Source: Octopus sinensis
Lineage: Eukaryota
Direction: 5' to 3'
DNA length: 64,000 nt
NCBI RefSeq assembly: GCF_006345805.1
Contig: NC_043007.1
Location: 30,256,001-30,320,000 of the forward strand
Part shown: positions 25,963 to 39,050 of the stretch, in pieces
Numbering within the stretch: position 1 is the first letter of the stretch
Layout of the letters: every line of letters starts with the position of its first letter
The notes under the pieces: model-generated
What the model was told of the DNA's origin: nothing
Seen by the model: only the letters and a program-made list of their open reading frames with translations
The model's database searches: none
Translations under genes and position numbers: made by a program

Positions 25963-26250
25963 TATATTCAGTTTTCGGGTGTTGTTTATCAATTCTTTTA
26001 TCGGGTTTAACTATTCAACCGTGACCAGGGGGAGGCACCGCTTTGAAACGTTTCACCCGCTCATATATAAAAACTCCAGAATATATTTCAGGTATTTATT
26101 TTATCAATCTATAATGAATAAATAACACTGCGTTACACTTTTTTTTAAAGGAAAACTAATTTTTTTTACTTAAAAAAACAAAATGAAAAAAAACAACAAA
26201 AATAACACGAAGCAACTCAGAAACAGAAACACACAGACACACAGACACGT

Positions 26251-26674
26251 GCATAGGAGTGGCTGTGTGGTAAGTAGCTTGCTAACCAACCACATGGTTC
26301 CGGGTTCAGTCCCACTGCGTGGCATCTTGGGCAAGTGTCTTCTGCTATAGCCCCGGGCCGACCAATGCCTTGTGAGTGGATTTGGTAGACGGAAACTGAA
26401 AGAAGCCTGTCGTATATATGTATATATAGATATGTATGCGTGTGTGTGTTTGTGTGTCTGTGTTTGTCCCCCTAGCATTGCTTGACAACCGATGCTGGTG
26501 TGTTTACGTCCCCGTCACTTAGCGGTTCGGCAAAAGAGACCGATAGAATAAGTAGTGGGCTTCCAAGAAATAAGTCCCGGGGTTGATTTGCTCGACTAAA
26601 GGCGGTGCTCCAGCATGGCCGCAGTCAAATGACTGAAACAAGTAAAAGAGTAAAAGAGAAAAGAGTAAAGAGAG
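26251..26674 (+). mobile_element. SINE family C (CORE-like), well-preserved full copy
   Basis: Head ggagtggctgtgtggtaag...ggttccgggttcagtccc; cttgggcaagtgtctt resembles the CORE-SINE domain; internal (TG) tract; tail tgactgaaacaagtaaaagagtaaaagag. Confidence 0.9.
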
Positions 26675-26763
26675 TATAACTAAACGAAGAAATATTTCAT
26701 GGTAACACTCAAAATACTGGAGCTTTATTTTCCAAAGCAGATAGAAAGTCTTAGGGGTCATAG

Positions 26764-27087
26764 CGAAAGCGCGTGGCTTAATGGTTAGGACATTCGGCTC
26801 ATGATCGTAAGGTGGGGAGTTCAATTCCCGGTGGGGTGCTGTGTCCTTGAGGAAGACACTTTATTTTCACGTTGCTCGAGTCCACTCAGCTGGCAAAAAT
26901 GAGTAGTACCTGTATTTCAAAGGGGCCAGCCTTGTCATACTCTGTCTCACGCTGAATCTCCCCGAGAACTACATTAAGGGTACACATGTCTGTGGAGTAC
27001 TCAGCCACTTGCACGTTAATTTCACGAGCAGACTGTTCCTTTAATCGGACCAACTGGGACCCTCATCGCCGTAACCGACGGAGTGCT
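26764..27087 (+). mobile_element. tRNA-derived SINE family D
   Basis: A-box tggcttaatggttagg and B-box-like gagttcaattcccg. The tail is homologous to 58911-59100 (rc). Confidence 0.8.
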
Positions 27088-27171
27088 CCTTTTAATGTTC
27101 ATAGTATATCGGTTATATCTGCATAGAGCATATGCATAATCATACACGGGTATGCACCCGTAATATATTTA

Positions 27172-27666
27172 TAGTAAACCCTCGACTATCGCGGGTGTTA
27201 CGTCCCAAAACCTCCCGCAATGGGTAAAAATCCACGATGTAGAAACGGAACGGTACTGTATTTTTTAAATCATTTTTATAATTTGTATATATTTATTTTA
27301 TTATAAATGCAAAAAACAACGCACCACACACTCGTCCCCTGAGTTTCGTTTCCCATACGGTACGTGCGATTCTTTGTTTACTCGTCTACGGTATACTCGG
27401 TATTTTCTTTTAATATATTTTAATTAATGCGTTATACAGTGCAGTACTGTACTCTATTTTTATTTATTAATTTATTAATGTTTAGGTGCGAAAATGATTA
27501 TTCTACCACAGAAATAATTAAAATCTAAAAAAGTCTAAATACCTATCAGCCGCAGAAACCTGCGATATGCTGAGGAATCCGCGATATAAATTTACATATA
27601 TTAGCCAGAAAAATTCGCGATGTGGTGAGGGCGCGATAGGTAAACCGCGATATGGCGAGTGATTAC

Positions 27667-27668
<2 letters not shown>
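27172..27668. mobile_element. pogo/Tigger-type non-autonomous element (497 bp)
   Basis: TIRs tagtaaaccctcgactatcgcg and (rc) tagtaatcactcgccatatcgcg with TA on both sides; subterminal cgcgat repeats; no ORF. Confidence 0.75.
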
Positions 27669-27697
<29 letters not shown>

Positions 27698-27706
27698 TAT
27701 ATATAA

Positions 27707-28090
27707 TCTTGTCTCAGTCATCAGAATGCGGCCATGCTAGGGCACCGCGTTGAAAAAAATTTAGTCGAATGAATTGATCACAATACTAGTTTGCTTTTTG
27801 AAAGTCTGGTACTAATTCTATCGGTCTTGTAATGCCGAGTCGCTAATATTACGGGGGACGTGAATATCTCAACATCGGTTGTCAAACGGTGGAAGGGTAC
27901 ACAAAGACATCTCCCGCCCATATACAAATGTATACGTTAGGCTTCTATCAGTTTCCGTCTACCACATCCAGTCACAAGTTGGCCGAGATCTGTAGTAGAA
28001 GACAACTGTCCAAGATACCACGTAGTGGGACTGAAACTGGAACCATGGGGTTAGGAAGCAAACTTCTTACCACACAGCCACACCTACGCC
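27707..28090 (-). mobile_element. SINE family C, diverged full copy
   Basis: Aligns as rc with 26251-26674. Confidence 0.8.
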
Positions 28091-28369
28091 AATTAAAACA
28101 CTACACACACACACACAGACACGCACCTATACATATATATAATTGTGTGTGTACATACATACACACATATATGTATTTAAGATCCTACTATTATCATAGC
28201 ACTCCCACATTCTTCTTCTCCTCCTCCTTCTTCTTCTCCTCCTCCAAGAATTCACAACGACCTTGAACCCACAAGAGTAAACAAGAGAAACAGAGACAGG
28301 CAGAAACAAGGAAAATGCCCCTTATATTTGAATACTATGCAAATATTCTTATAAAAAACATTTCATTTA

Positions 28370-28615
28370 ATTTTTCCCAAATTTAATTGTTTTCAATACT
28401 ATCAGTTTAAAAAGTCTCAATGACTGAAATGTTTTTTTAAAATTATTTTAGCATTTTCTACCTTGACTTTTTTCCTTCCCTTTTACGATCCCTTTTGATC
28501 GAAAACATACGCCACCCTTTTTTTTTTATTCTTTTTTTTTTCATCCCTCAAAAGAAAAGCTCTACCTTGTAACTTGTCCCATCTGTGTGCAGCCCTGTGT
28601 GGCCAATAAAGAAAC
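28370..28615 (+). mobile_element. 3' end of an unclassified retroelement; second partial copy at 37386-37507
   Basis: Shares aaattattttagcattttctaccttgactttttt with ~37480-37505. Ends gccctgtgtggccaataaagaaa just before a TATC run. Confidence 0.55.
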
Positions 28616-28973
28616 TTATCAATCTATCTATCTATCTATATAATTGTTTGCATGTGTATGTGTGTATATATTAATGTTTGCTATTTATAAAACAAGCTAC
28701 CTCAAGGAACACTCAATACTTTTTAAGAGATTCTGCATTTATTTAAATTTTACAAAGAGAACGTTGACAGTGACTTCGAAACTTAGGCTTGAACTTCGTT
28801 ATCGGGCAGTCAGGTGAAAGCGAGCACTGCGAAACTTCGAATTCGCTCTCAACTTTTCCATTCTGAAAGGGTTAATACATACATACCCGCATGTGTGTAT
28901 ATTAACTTTCATACACACCCGCATGTGCATGCATGCACACACACACACACACACACACATACACACACACACA

Positions 28974-29004
<31 letters not shown>

Positions 29005-30168
29005 CGTCGAAGAACAAAATAAAACAGGTTAGTCTCAAATTCTTCTTCTGCAGCTGACATTAGTAACCAACAATGAATTAAATTACGTTTCTCTTCTGAT
29101 GATATGAGGTGATTATATGACCGTCTACGTAACAATTACCGCAGAGCATACTATGTTCTGAAATGAAATACATGTTAAGTTTATGTAATATATCATGTCA
29201 GGGTAAAAAAATGTTGTAACCAAATTCTTTAGCTTTAGTCAGCTCTTCTATACACACTCTATGATCTCTTCAAATATATATAATGCAAGACGAAGATCTG
29301 ACGACAAATTATGTTTAATATCTGATTGGAAGTTGGGCAAATGTAGATTTGCATAGAGTTCTAAGCAAAGGTAAACTGTTATACTGTCTCAGTTGAAATA
29401 ACAGGCATTCTGTACATACATTAGTACATATAGACGTACATGCATACATGCATACACACATACATAACATATACATACATTTATATATACATAACCATGT
29501 ACATATATGTATATATATATACATATATATCTACATTTATATACACATACATATATATATGATATAGTTATGTGTTGTTATTAATACTAATGTGAGTGCA
29601 CACTCGTAAGGTATATATATATATATATATATATATAATGAAACAAGAAATTATATAATGAATACACACACACACATATGTACATAAATATATATATATA
29701 TAGCTGTTGTGGTCTAGAAAACTTACAGAGTCAGCTAAATATAATTTTATATACACCGGTAACAATTTCTCTGTGAATGTTGGCTTGTAATCATATAGAT
29801 TTATAGTTCTACTTACATCTACAAGTTCACACGGATCGATTCTGGTTAGGCGTTCAAATTGTATATTTTATATTCCACTTATTTTTTTAAAACGACGAAA
29901 TTATTCTTATGCTCTGTGTGTGTGTGTGTATGTGTGTGTGTGTGTGAATTATTTTGCTGAGATTCCAGTGTCAAAAGTTCTCCCCTCCAAATTTGATTCT
30001 TGTTTTATCGACTTCGAAATGGAGGCACAGTCTCCTTTCTAGTAAAAGAAAAAAAAAAGCATGGCTTAGTTAAGAAATTCTATAAGGTCTTATTTTCGAC
30101 ACCCCGATTTAATATATATATACATATAGATATATTACACGCACGCAGATATACACACATACATATAT

Positions 30169-30210
<42 letters not shown>

Positions 30211-30240
30211 TTGTGTGTGTTGTGTGTGTGTGTGCATATA

Positions 30241-30270
<30 letters not shown>

Positions 30271-30273
<3 letters not shown>

Positions 30274-30389
30274 CACGTGATCACGTGACCGACCAGACCA
30301 TCAGATGTTGTTACACATCGCTGGTCACAATGCGTTCGCATTGTTTTAGCCTTCGAATGACGCCACCCCGCTGGCTAAGCGAGCAGGCC
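30271..30389 (-). mobile_element. SINE family B 3' tail (5'-truncated), fused to a pLTR tail fragment at 30390-30440
   Basis: rc matches 13225-13340; the adjacent ccacctgccttcgtcttttg matches ~22168-22190. Confidence 0.8.
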
Positions 30390-30437
30390 AGTTTTCCACC
30401 TGCCTTCGTCTTTTGTTTATTTTCATAAAGCTTCCCG

Positions 30438-30497
<60 letters not shown>

Positions 30498-31788
30498 GAG
30501 GGAGTCATAGAATTAACAGATGAGATCCAGGGATACTCAATATAGAAAACACTTTGTAGCGCTCGAAATGTTTACGGAGGACTAAGTCCACAGGGTAAAG
30601 AGTGGTTTTAAGAGGAATCCAGGTGAGCAGATATTGAGGAAATGGTGCAAATAAGCAAAAAAAACCAGCTTGGGTTAGCATATTCGAAATGTAGATACGT
30701 ATATTCATGTAAATGGAGAGAAAGCAAATATTCAAGTATTAATCCATCAATGTTCATATGTTAAGAGAGCAAACTTACACAAAGTACAAAGACACGGATA
30801 ATTAAAATGGGGGGGTGGGTGAGTCTGGTGTTCCGAATCCGACGGCTGTTACTGGGGGTTCGGAGTTACTTCATAATGTTGGCAGATGTACTTGACAAAG
30901 TCTTTTTGTCCGGTATGTGAACGATTCTGTCAGCTCACCGCCTTGTTTGTATACGTATAGAATTTGAAAGAGAAGGCAAAACAAGATGGAAGACAAACAT
31001 GGTGAGAAGGATACGAAAGGAATGATAAAGAAAAAGAAAGTGAATGAGGAAGAGAAGATGTGTGTGTGTGTGTGAAAGGGAGGGAGAAGCAAAAACTCCG
31101 ATGATAAAACTCGGCCATTTCGCTTCTATCAATTTGACACTCTTTTGCTTCTTTAGTTCCGTGAATTTCTTGCGTTCGAAATTCCTAAGAGATGATAAGA
31201 AAATATTTTCTTTTGTGTCTTCAGCCGCAGGTATCTTATTTACCTAAAATTTATGTCATATTATTTTGTTTTCTAGTCATCTTTTAATTCAAAGATTATC
31301 GAGAGAAATATGTAATCCCTCAACAGAACACTGAAATGTCGAAATGAGTTATTCAAATTCCTTTTCCCATCAATTTCCAAGGCTTCAGAATTTATATTTA
31401 GAATATTTTCATTAAAACGGACGCTTTAAACAGCTCAAATCTCATATGTTCTTCTTGATGCGTTTTAGACAATAGCTTGTAATTCGTCATCCACATCCTG
31501 TCCATGCTTGATTGGTTGTTTGAGGTTTCAGAGATATGGCAATGCTCGAGAGAAATAAATACACATTTCTGGCTTTGTTTTAAATTTTTCCATTGCTTTC
31601 TAATCAATGTTAAATGTAAGAAACGAAAATTATTCTAAATATCATTATTTCGTTGCATAGTTCGATCTTTGAAGAATTTAATGGTTTATCATTGTTCTTA
31701 CATTGAATACACACCATGTGTAATGGCATGAGTTAAACAAATATATATCTTTTATTACATATTTCACATGTTTTAAGTGTAGTTTTTA

Positions 31789-31869
<81 letters not shown>

Positions 31870-31910
31870 ATATATATATATATATATATATCTATATATA
31901 TATATATATA

Positions 31911-31946
<36 letters not shown>

Positions 31947-32141
31947 CGTCTGTTCGTCTATTTAAAATATATGCATATGTGGGTGGGTGTACGTGTATGC
32001 AAATGGCCTCAGATTCGCAGAGTCGTTAGTGTAGAATTGATTCACAGTATTTGTTCAGATCTTTGCATTTTACGTTCAAATCAAACTAGATCAATTTTGC
32101 CCTTTATCCTTTCGAGTCTGAATGAATTTACAAAATAAGAC

Positions 32142-32197
<56 letters not shown>

Positions 32198-32794
32198 AAT
32201 GGCTTGGTAGCCTCCACTTTCACTCCTTGCATTGTGAGTGCAAATCACTGCTTTTCCTGCCACCGGAGAAGGCCGGGCCGTTCGGTGCCTGGCAAAAACG
32301 GGGATAAATTTGGGAAGTTCTTAAATTATTCAAGGGTACCAACTGAGCAATCTCTGTGCGAGATCACTAGCTTTGATGGGAGAAGGCGAACTCTTTCAAA
32401 TGGAAAAAAAAACTGTACAGTATTTATTCATATAATACATTGTTACTTAAAGTACCCTTTTATAAACAGTAGTAGAAATACTGCTGCGTATAGTACACGG
32501 AGTGAAAAGCAGGAGTGACATACATTTTGGTTTGGAAAATGCCATAAACGCCAGGACAAAAATGACAAAGAATAAAATCCGCGAATATATTAGAGAAGAG
32601 GAGACAGTATAATAAAACTCTCTCTTTTTTTTTACTTGTTTCAGTCATTTTGACTGCGGTCATGCTGGAGCACCGCCTTTAGACTCAGTATAGCTTGTAA
32701 TATCTTAATAATTTGGGGATTAATCAAAGCTCAACTTCACATGCAAATGAAGTAAAATGTTAAAAAGTTACCTATAGACACATTAGATTAATAT

Positions 32795-33008
32795 TGGTTT
32801 CAAATTTTTGGCATGAGGCCAGCGATTTCGGGGGAGGAGCTAAGCCAATTAGATCGACCCTATTGCTTTACTGGTACTTATTTTATCGACTCCCGAAGGA
32901 TGAAAAGCAAATTCAACTTCGGTAGAATTTGAACTGAGAACGTAAAAATTGACGAAACGACGCTTAGCATTTTGCTCAGCGCACTAATAATTCTACTTGC
33001 CGGCCGCC
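32795..33008 (-). mobile_element. SINE family A, old copy
   Basis: ctggtacttattttatcgactcccgaaggatgaaaagcaaattcaacttcggtagaatttgaac. Confidence 0.75.
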
Positions 33009-33148
33009 ATTTTTTATTGGATTAATATCACATATTAGATTAACATTTATTAGATTAATACTTAATTCATAAAACAATGTAATACACGTTAAGTAATACT
33101 GTAGCCGTTTCAATAAGTTATGGTATTTGATGGCACAAAAGACGCATT

Positions 33149-33790
33149 GGTATATTAGGCGTTCCTCAATTTGAGCAGAGCGAGTTCACGAAAAAAGATT
33201 TTGGTGCATTAAAGCATGTGATATTTAAAGCAGCTTTGTATATATATAGGAAGCTGTCAGAGAAAGGTTTATATATGCCAGGAATGCAAAGTATATGGCT
33301 TTTACAAATACAAATCTATTATAAAAGAAGGGCTGAAAAAATAGAAAATATATATATCTTGCAAAGAATAAAAGGTAACTAATGCAAATAAGTACAAAAC
33401 ACGAACAAGAGAAAAGGTAAATTTTTGTATTGAAGAACATCAACAAATATAAAAAGGCAGGTTGAAGTAAGTGACAGCTGGGAGTAACTCGGGAAAAAAC
33501 AGCAACAGAAACTGTTTTAAAAGCTAAATAAAGAAGCTAAGTAGAAAATAGGATTACTCCATTTTGTGTTAAGACGATGGCAAGAAAAGCAGCCAAGAGT
33601 TGACCGAAAAATGAGGAATCAGAACAAAGCTGGGATGTATACGAAATGGGAAAGTCAAAAGGCAGTGATTGAGGAGACAAAGTTAAGAGCAAAGGGAATT
33701 GTGGGAGAAGTCTAACTTCATCAGAAACTATGGTAACCTCTGAACAATGGCAGCTGCTAAACTGTGGGTTCCTCAAAACTATCGCACGAA
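33149..33790 (+). mobile_element. Probable R4/Dong-type non-LTR retrotransposon C-terminal remnant
   Basis: The open frame GILGVPQFEQSEFTKKD...KLSEKGLYMPGMQSIWLLQIQIYYK resembles the R4/Dong pattern RLY.PR..GGRGL. Downstream DSWE*L, ETVLKA, TPFCV and KAVIEE remnants are in the expected order. Confidence 0.4.
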
Positions 33791-34222
33791 CTGTTTGAAA
33801 TAGCAGCCAAATTATCAAAATCAGGTTCTAAAAAGAAGGCACGTCAGAACGTAAAATTGTAGATATATCGAGAAAGGCGTTAATTACAAATTGGTTTTGA
33901 TGATAAACCTGATTCATCAATGATGATCCGTAGCTGAATAACATTACCAACATCTATATAATATAAGCCTATATATGCATATGTTTGTGTATATGTGAGT
34001 GTATGTATATTTGCATGAATATATTGTGTATAGATTTGTTTGTGTGCGAGCGTTAGTGCATAAGTTTTTTCTCCCAGGACAGCATTATGAGGGAGATTAA
34101 TTACTATTTCTAGGGGTCCGAGCAATAACAAAGCAGTCCTCACATATGTTTCTTAATAAGCCGAGGTATGTGTGACGTGTCACATTGCTATTGGTCCTTT
34201 ATGAACTTGTATTCGGTTGTAT

Positions 34223-34655
34223 TTCTTTTCTACTTAACTTGTTTCAGTTACTGAAATACGGCCAGACTGGGGCACTGCTTTGAAGTGTTTTTGTCGAATA
34301 GATCCATTCCCGTGTTTATTTTAAAACCCGGTACATGGGCTATTGGACTGTTTTGCTGAACCGCTAGGTTACGGGAGACGTAAAGATACCCCACGATCCG
34401 GCGGAGTTGGTGTGGAACGAACACAGGCACAATGACTCACGTACACACACACACACACACACACATACATATATGTATGTGTGTGTGATACGACGGGCTT
34501 CCACTTACAGTTTCCGCTTACAGAATTCAGTCACAGGGCATTGCTCGACTCGGGGCTATAGTAAAAGAGACTTGTTCAAGGTGACGCGCATTGGAACGGA
34601 ACCAAAAACCACGTGGTTGCAAAGCGAGCTTCTTAATCATACAGCCATACCTGCA
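34223..34655 (-). mobile_element. SINE family C, diverged full copy
   Basis: rc aligns with 26251-26650. Confidence 0.75.
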
Positions 34656-35159
34656 CACACACACAAACACATACACTCACACATAAACACACACATACAT
34701 GCACATACACATATACACACACATGCACTCACATACACAAACATACACACACACATACACACATACCGACATACACATACACTCACACACACATATATTT
34801 GTATAATTTCCTTAAAATTGCAAATCAAATGTAGAATGGTGAAAAGAGGCAGTTTCTGCAGCAGACCGTAGCAAATAATGTCGTATTAATCACCAATGAA
34901 TATATTCGATTAGAGACGAGATTCCTTTTGAGAGGCGGCGTGGAGTAAACTAAATTAAGAAACGGGACTAAATAAAATAGAAATAAAAATCAGGAGATAA
35001 TTTTGCAATAATTGTATGGAAGAGAAACATAGACTCAGCAATTATGGGTAGACCGTGTCAGACAGGAGGATGTGACTGTGGGTGTGGGTGTGTGTATATA
35101 TGATGTATACGAGAATTTGTGTTTGCATGCTGTGTGTGTGTGTGTGTTAGTGCGCTTAT

Positions 35160-35168
35160 GTGTGTGTG

Positions 35169-35202
<34 letters not shown>

Positions 35203-35706
35203 TGTGTGTGCGTGTGTTTAGATATATATAAGCACACACACATATATATATATATATACATGTACACACATGCAAGTACATATATTTCTGTGAGTACATA
35301 CGTACATAATACAGATGCGTGTATAATGTATGTATCTCTGAATATAAATACACATATATATATATATATGCATATATATACATATATGCACACATATATA
35401 TATATATACATATATATATATATGCATATATATACATATATATATATGCATATATATGTATATATGCACACATATATATACATATATATATGCATATATA
35501 TACATATATGCACACATATATACATATATATATGTGCATATAAATATATATGCATATATATACATATATGCACACATATATATACATATATACATATATG
35601 CATATATATATACATATATGCACATATATATACATATATATACATGCATATATATACATATATGCACATATATATATGCATTATATAAATATATACACAT
35701 ATATAC

Positions 35707-35753
<47 letters not shown>

Positions 35754-35900
35754 CACATAAATGTGCATATATGTATTCTGCTGATATATACTTACATGTG
35801 TCTATATATACATATATATATATGTACATATATATACATACATATATATATATACATGTATCTATGTATGTATGTTTATCTACTTATATTCCTCATATGT
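35160..35900. repeat. (TA)/(CA) compound microsatellite with recurring atatatacatatatgcac units
   Basis: Direct reading. Confidence 0.9.
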
Positions 35901-37529
35901 ATATGCATGCTTATACGTATATACATGTTAACATTTACATCTAAACATACATATAAATACACACACGCATATATATACGTTACCTTCTTAATAGAAACGA
36001 CAGGAAATGTTGCTCAACACACAGAGCTAATTACAATACTAACAGCATTGAACGAGCGAGAGGTTCCTCAAAAGGTGTTTACTGTGAGCTTGGCATCGTT
36101 GTTGCTTTCTCGTCACCTACATTCCATTCCTCATTTGTTTCTCTCGTTAAATATTTGACGAAAGTGAGACTTACAAAAATTATATTTTTAACATTTAAAT
36201 AAACGGGCAGACATGAAACACAACAAAAGCATTAGTCGTCAGAGAAATGGCGGATTGTGTTGGGGTTTAAGAGAGAGAGAGAGAGAGAAAGGAAGGAAAG
36301 GAAACGAATTTTGGGAAAAAATAAAAGATAAAGAAAGACATGGCGTGAAGTGGATAAAATTCAATTGAATTAAAGGGTCTCGTTTGAATGAAGTATTTAT
36401 TGATATGGGAAGGGAGGGAGAGAGAGAGAGAAAGCGAAAGGATGAGAGAGATTGATTGGGAGAGGTGTGGGGAGAGAGAGATGGATAGGGAGAAGTATGG
36501 CGAGAGAGCGGGAGAGAGAGAAAGATAAAGGCCGAGAGAGATGGTTAAAGAGAGGTATGGGGAGAGAGGGGGAAAGAGAGTGGTGGATGAATCGATGTAT
36601 GTGGTGGGGAAGGGAGAGAAAGACTATAAAAGTGATTAGAAATGAAAAGAGGGGAGTGGTGGTGGAGAAACAATGATTTAAGAGAGAGGGGGTGAGCAGG
36701 GGTTATAAAGAAGAGGCTGTGTGAGTGATGAGTTATGAAGAGGAAAGAGAAAGTGAAGTAGAGACAGAAAGACGTACGAAGTGGGTGGGTAATTAAATGA
36801 TGTCAGGTCAGGGGCTGGAGGAAAATTCTAGTAAAACCTCCCTTGATTAATAAATAGATAAATTCGTGAAAAATGGGAAACAAATAACTTGGATTTAAAA
36901 TAAAAAAACGAATGGGATTGCCGAGAGAAAAGAACAAAAATATGTAAGTATATTAATCGATTGATAATTGAATAAATAATAATGAATAAAAATAAACGTA
37001 ATGAGGCGAGGATAAATGGGCAATAAATATGGAGGTGAAGAAGTGCGTGTTGAAATAAAATTGAAATGGCGAACGGACGAGAGAAAAAAATATAAATTGG
37101 AGAATGTTTAATGCGAAATGAACTACAAGAATAATCCAATCGGGTTGAACAAGGAATGTAAATAGGATAAAAGGGGACAGAAGTACACCATTTCGATTGG
37201 ATTGGCGTAAATATAAACAACGATGGGGGCAACAGTAGAGCAGAATCCGGCATTTTCATGTGTAGACGCCATAAAACACTTTTTGTATATAAATACATAC
37301 ATACATATATATATACAAACACACACATATTTATGTATAAATAAACACACACACACACACACACACAGATTTATAACTTTTCTTTTAATTTTTCCAAAAT
37401 TTTATTGTTTTCCATACTTGCAGTTGAAAAAGTCTTAGTGACTGAAACCGGTACTGAAATGTTTTTTATGAAATTATTTTAGCATTTTCTACCTTGACTT
37501 TTTTTCCATATATATATAATATATATATA

Positions 37530-37576
<47 letters not shown>

Positions 37577-37758
37577 CATATATATATATATCATTTCGGT
37601 GCGAATGGTTTTGTTATACGGTGCCGTATTTTACAATCCTGTAAATAATAATAATGGTATTTTTATATAAGCTTAAAGCGATGACCGTGCAATGATTAAG
37701 GAAAATAGTCTAATAAAGGGGCATATAAGCCCTTAACAGAAAAAAGAAGGCTTACTTA

Positions 37759-37815
37759 TCCGCGTGGGACTCTAACCCACATCCCTTTTGTTACCGCGAC
37801 TAAATGTGTTACCTA
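37759..37815 (-). other. Isolated tRNA-like fragment (T-arm/B-box)
   Basis: Minus strand ...gatGTGGGTTAGAGTCCCACgcgga forms a T-arm-like hairpin; the 5' half is degraded. Probably an orphan SINE head. Confidence 0.3.
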
Positions 37816-37892
37816 TATATGTATAATCAAATGAATAAAAATGTCCGATGGATAGGTGTATATATACATATAAGTTTGACACACACACACAT

Positions 37893-37940
<48 letters not shown>

Positions 37941-38019
37941 GTGTGTGTGCGTGTTTGATTAGGTTTCCTAAGTTCTCTGTAAGTTTTAGACTCAAAAGAT
38001 AGCGACCAATGTCAGTTAG

Positions 38020-39050
38020 TGTATAATAAGCGTGTCTGTAAAACAAATTTCTCAAAGTAAATAACAAATTAAGAAATGTCAAAATGAAAAACTTTCTGCT
38101 GATATAGAAAATTGACACGCACCTCAGAAATATGGTTTGGTGAATTCTACAACTAATTAAAACATTTTAATATTGATTATATTCTTGTTATTTACTTGCC
38201 GAACGTACCGTGAAAGGCAGGTGCTTTTTCTTCTTTCTTAATATCTAAAACAATGTGTATTTTATGTATATCCGCTTTTAAATCTTCGTTAGGTTAAACC
38301 TAAGTAGGCTCATTCACCTGGGGTTGCTAATTTTACTTTCCAACAATATACTAACCCTAAATTAAGGCATTCTACTGAGAAAGTACAAATTGATGGCAAT
38401 GCAATTGCATCGGAAATGTAAAGCGAAGATAACCTTGTTCTTGTAATAGTTTCCATAATTTCTTTTATTGACATGGTAAACGTAATTTTTAACCAGCAGT
38501 AACTAACTTTTAATGAGTTCCTGTTAGAATCTTTGATATACCTGTAACCAATAGAGAAGTACCCCAGGGGAAGTTTAGGCAGGTTCTAAACTCGCAGTAG
38601 CAAAAACTAAGTATTCCTTCCGAATATTATCTGGTTTAAGCTTCTCCCACTTCAAAGAGTTCACTGACCTTGTAAACTTCTTTAAAATAAAAGTCTGTTG
38701 TTGACCCAGATATTACGATTGCGATACATTTTGCAGCTGTCACTTATCACTAAGTGATACGTAGAATATGTTTTTCGAGCAAACAGCTCTCATTTAATGC
38801 GCTGTTCTTAAATCTCACAACAGGCTGAACATTTCTTTATGTGACGACGTACTAAAAATTTGTCAACTGATGTTGTATACTAAGTTCTTCAAGACTGTTG
38901 ATGGATAGCTTTATGATTCCCTGGGCCTCCGATATGTGTAATATTTTCCTGTACTTAAGTCTAACATAGCGTAAAAATATGTACTTTTAGATTTACGGTA
39001 ACCGTAATTCTTCAACTAAATCATTTAAATGCATTAATAATGGTTTTCTA
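38020..39050 (-). mobile_element. Decayed Penelope-like element (RT C-terminus and GIY-YIG)
   Basis: Minus strand gives LDLSTGKYYTYRRP...PSTVLKNL and YLGLT*RRFKSGYT*NTHCFRY*ERRKSTCLSRYV, homologous to the 49248-49745 frame. Many stops. Confidence 0.75.
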
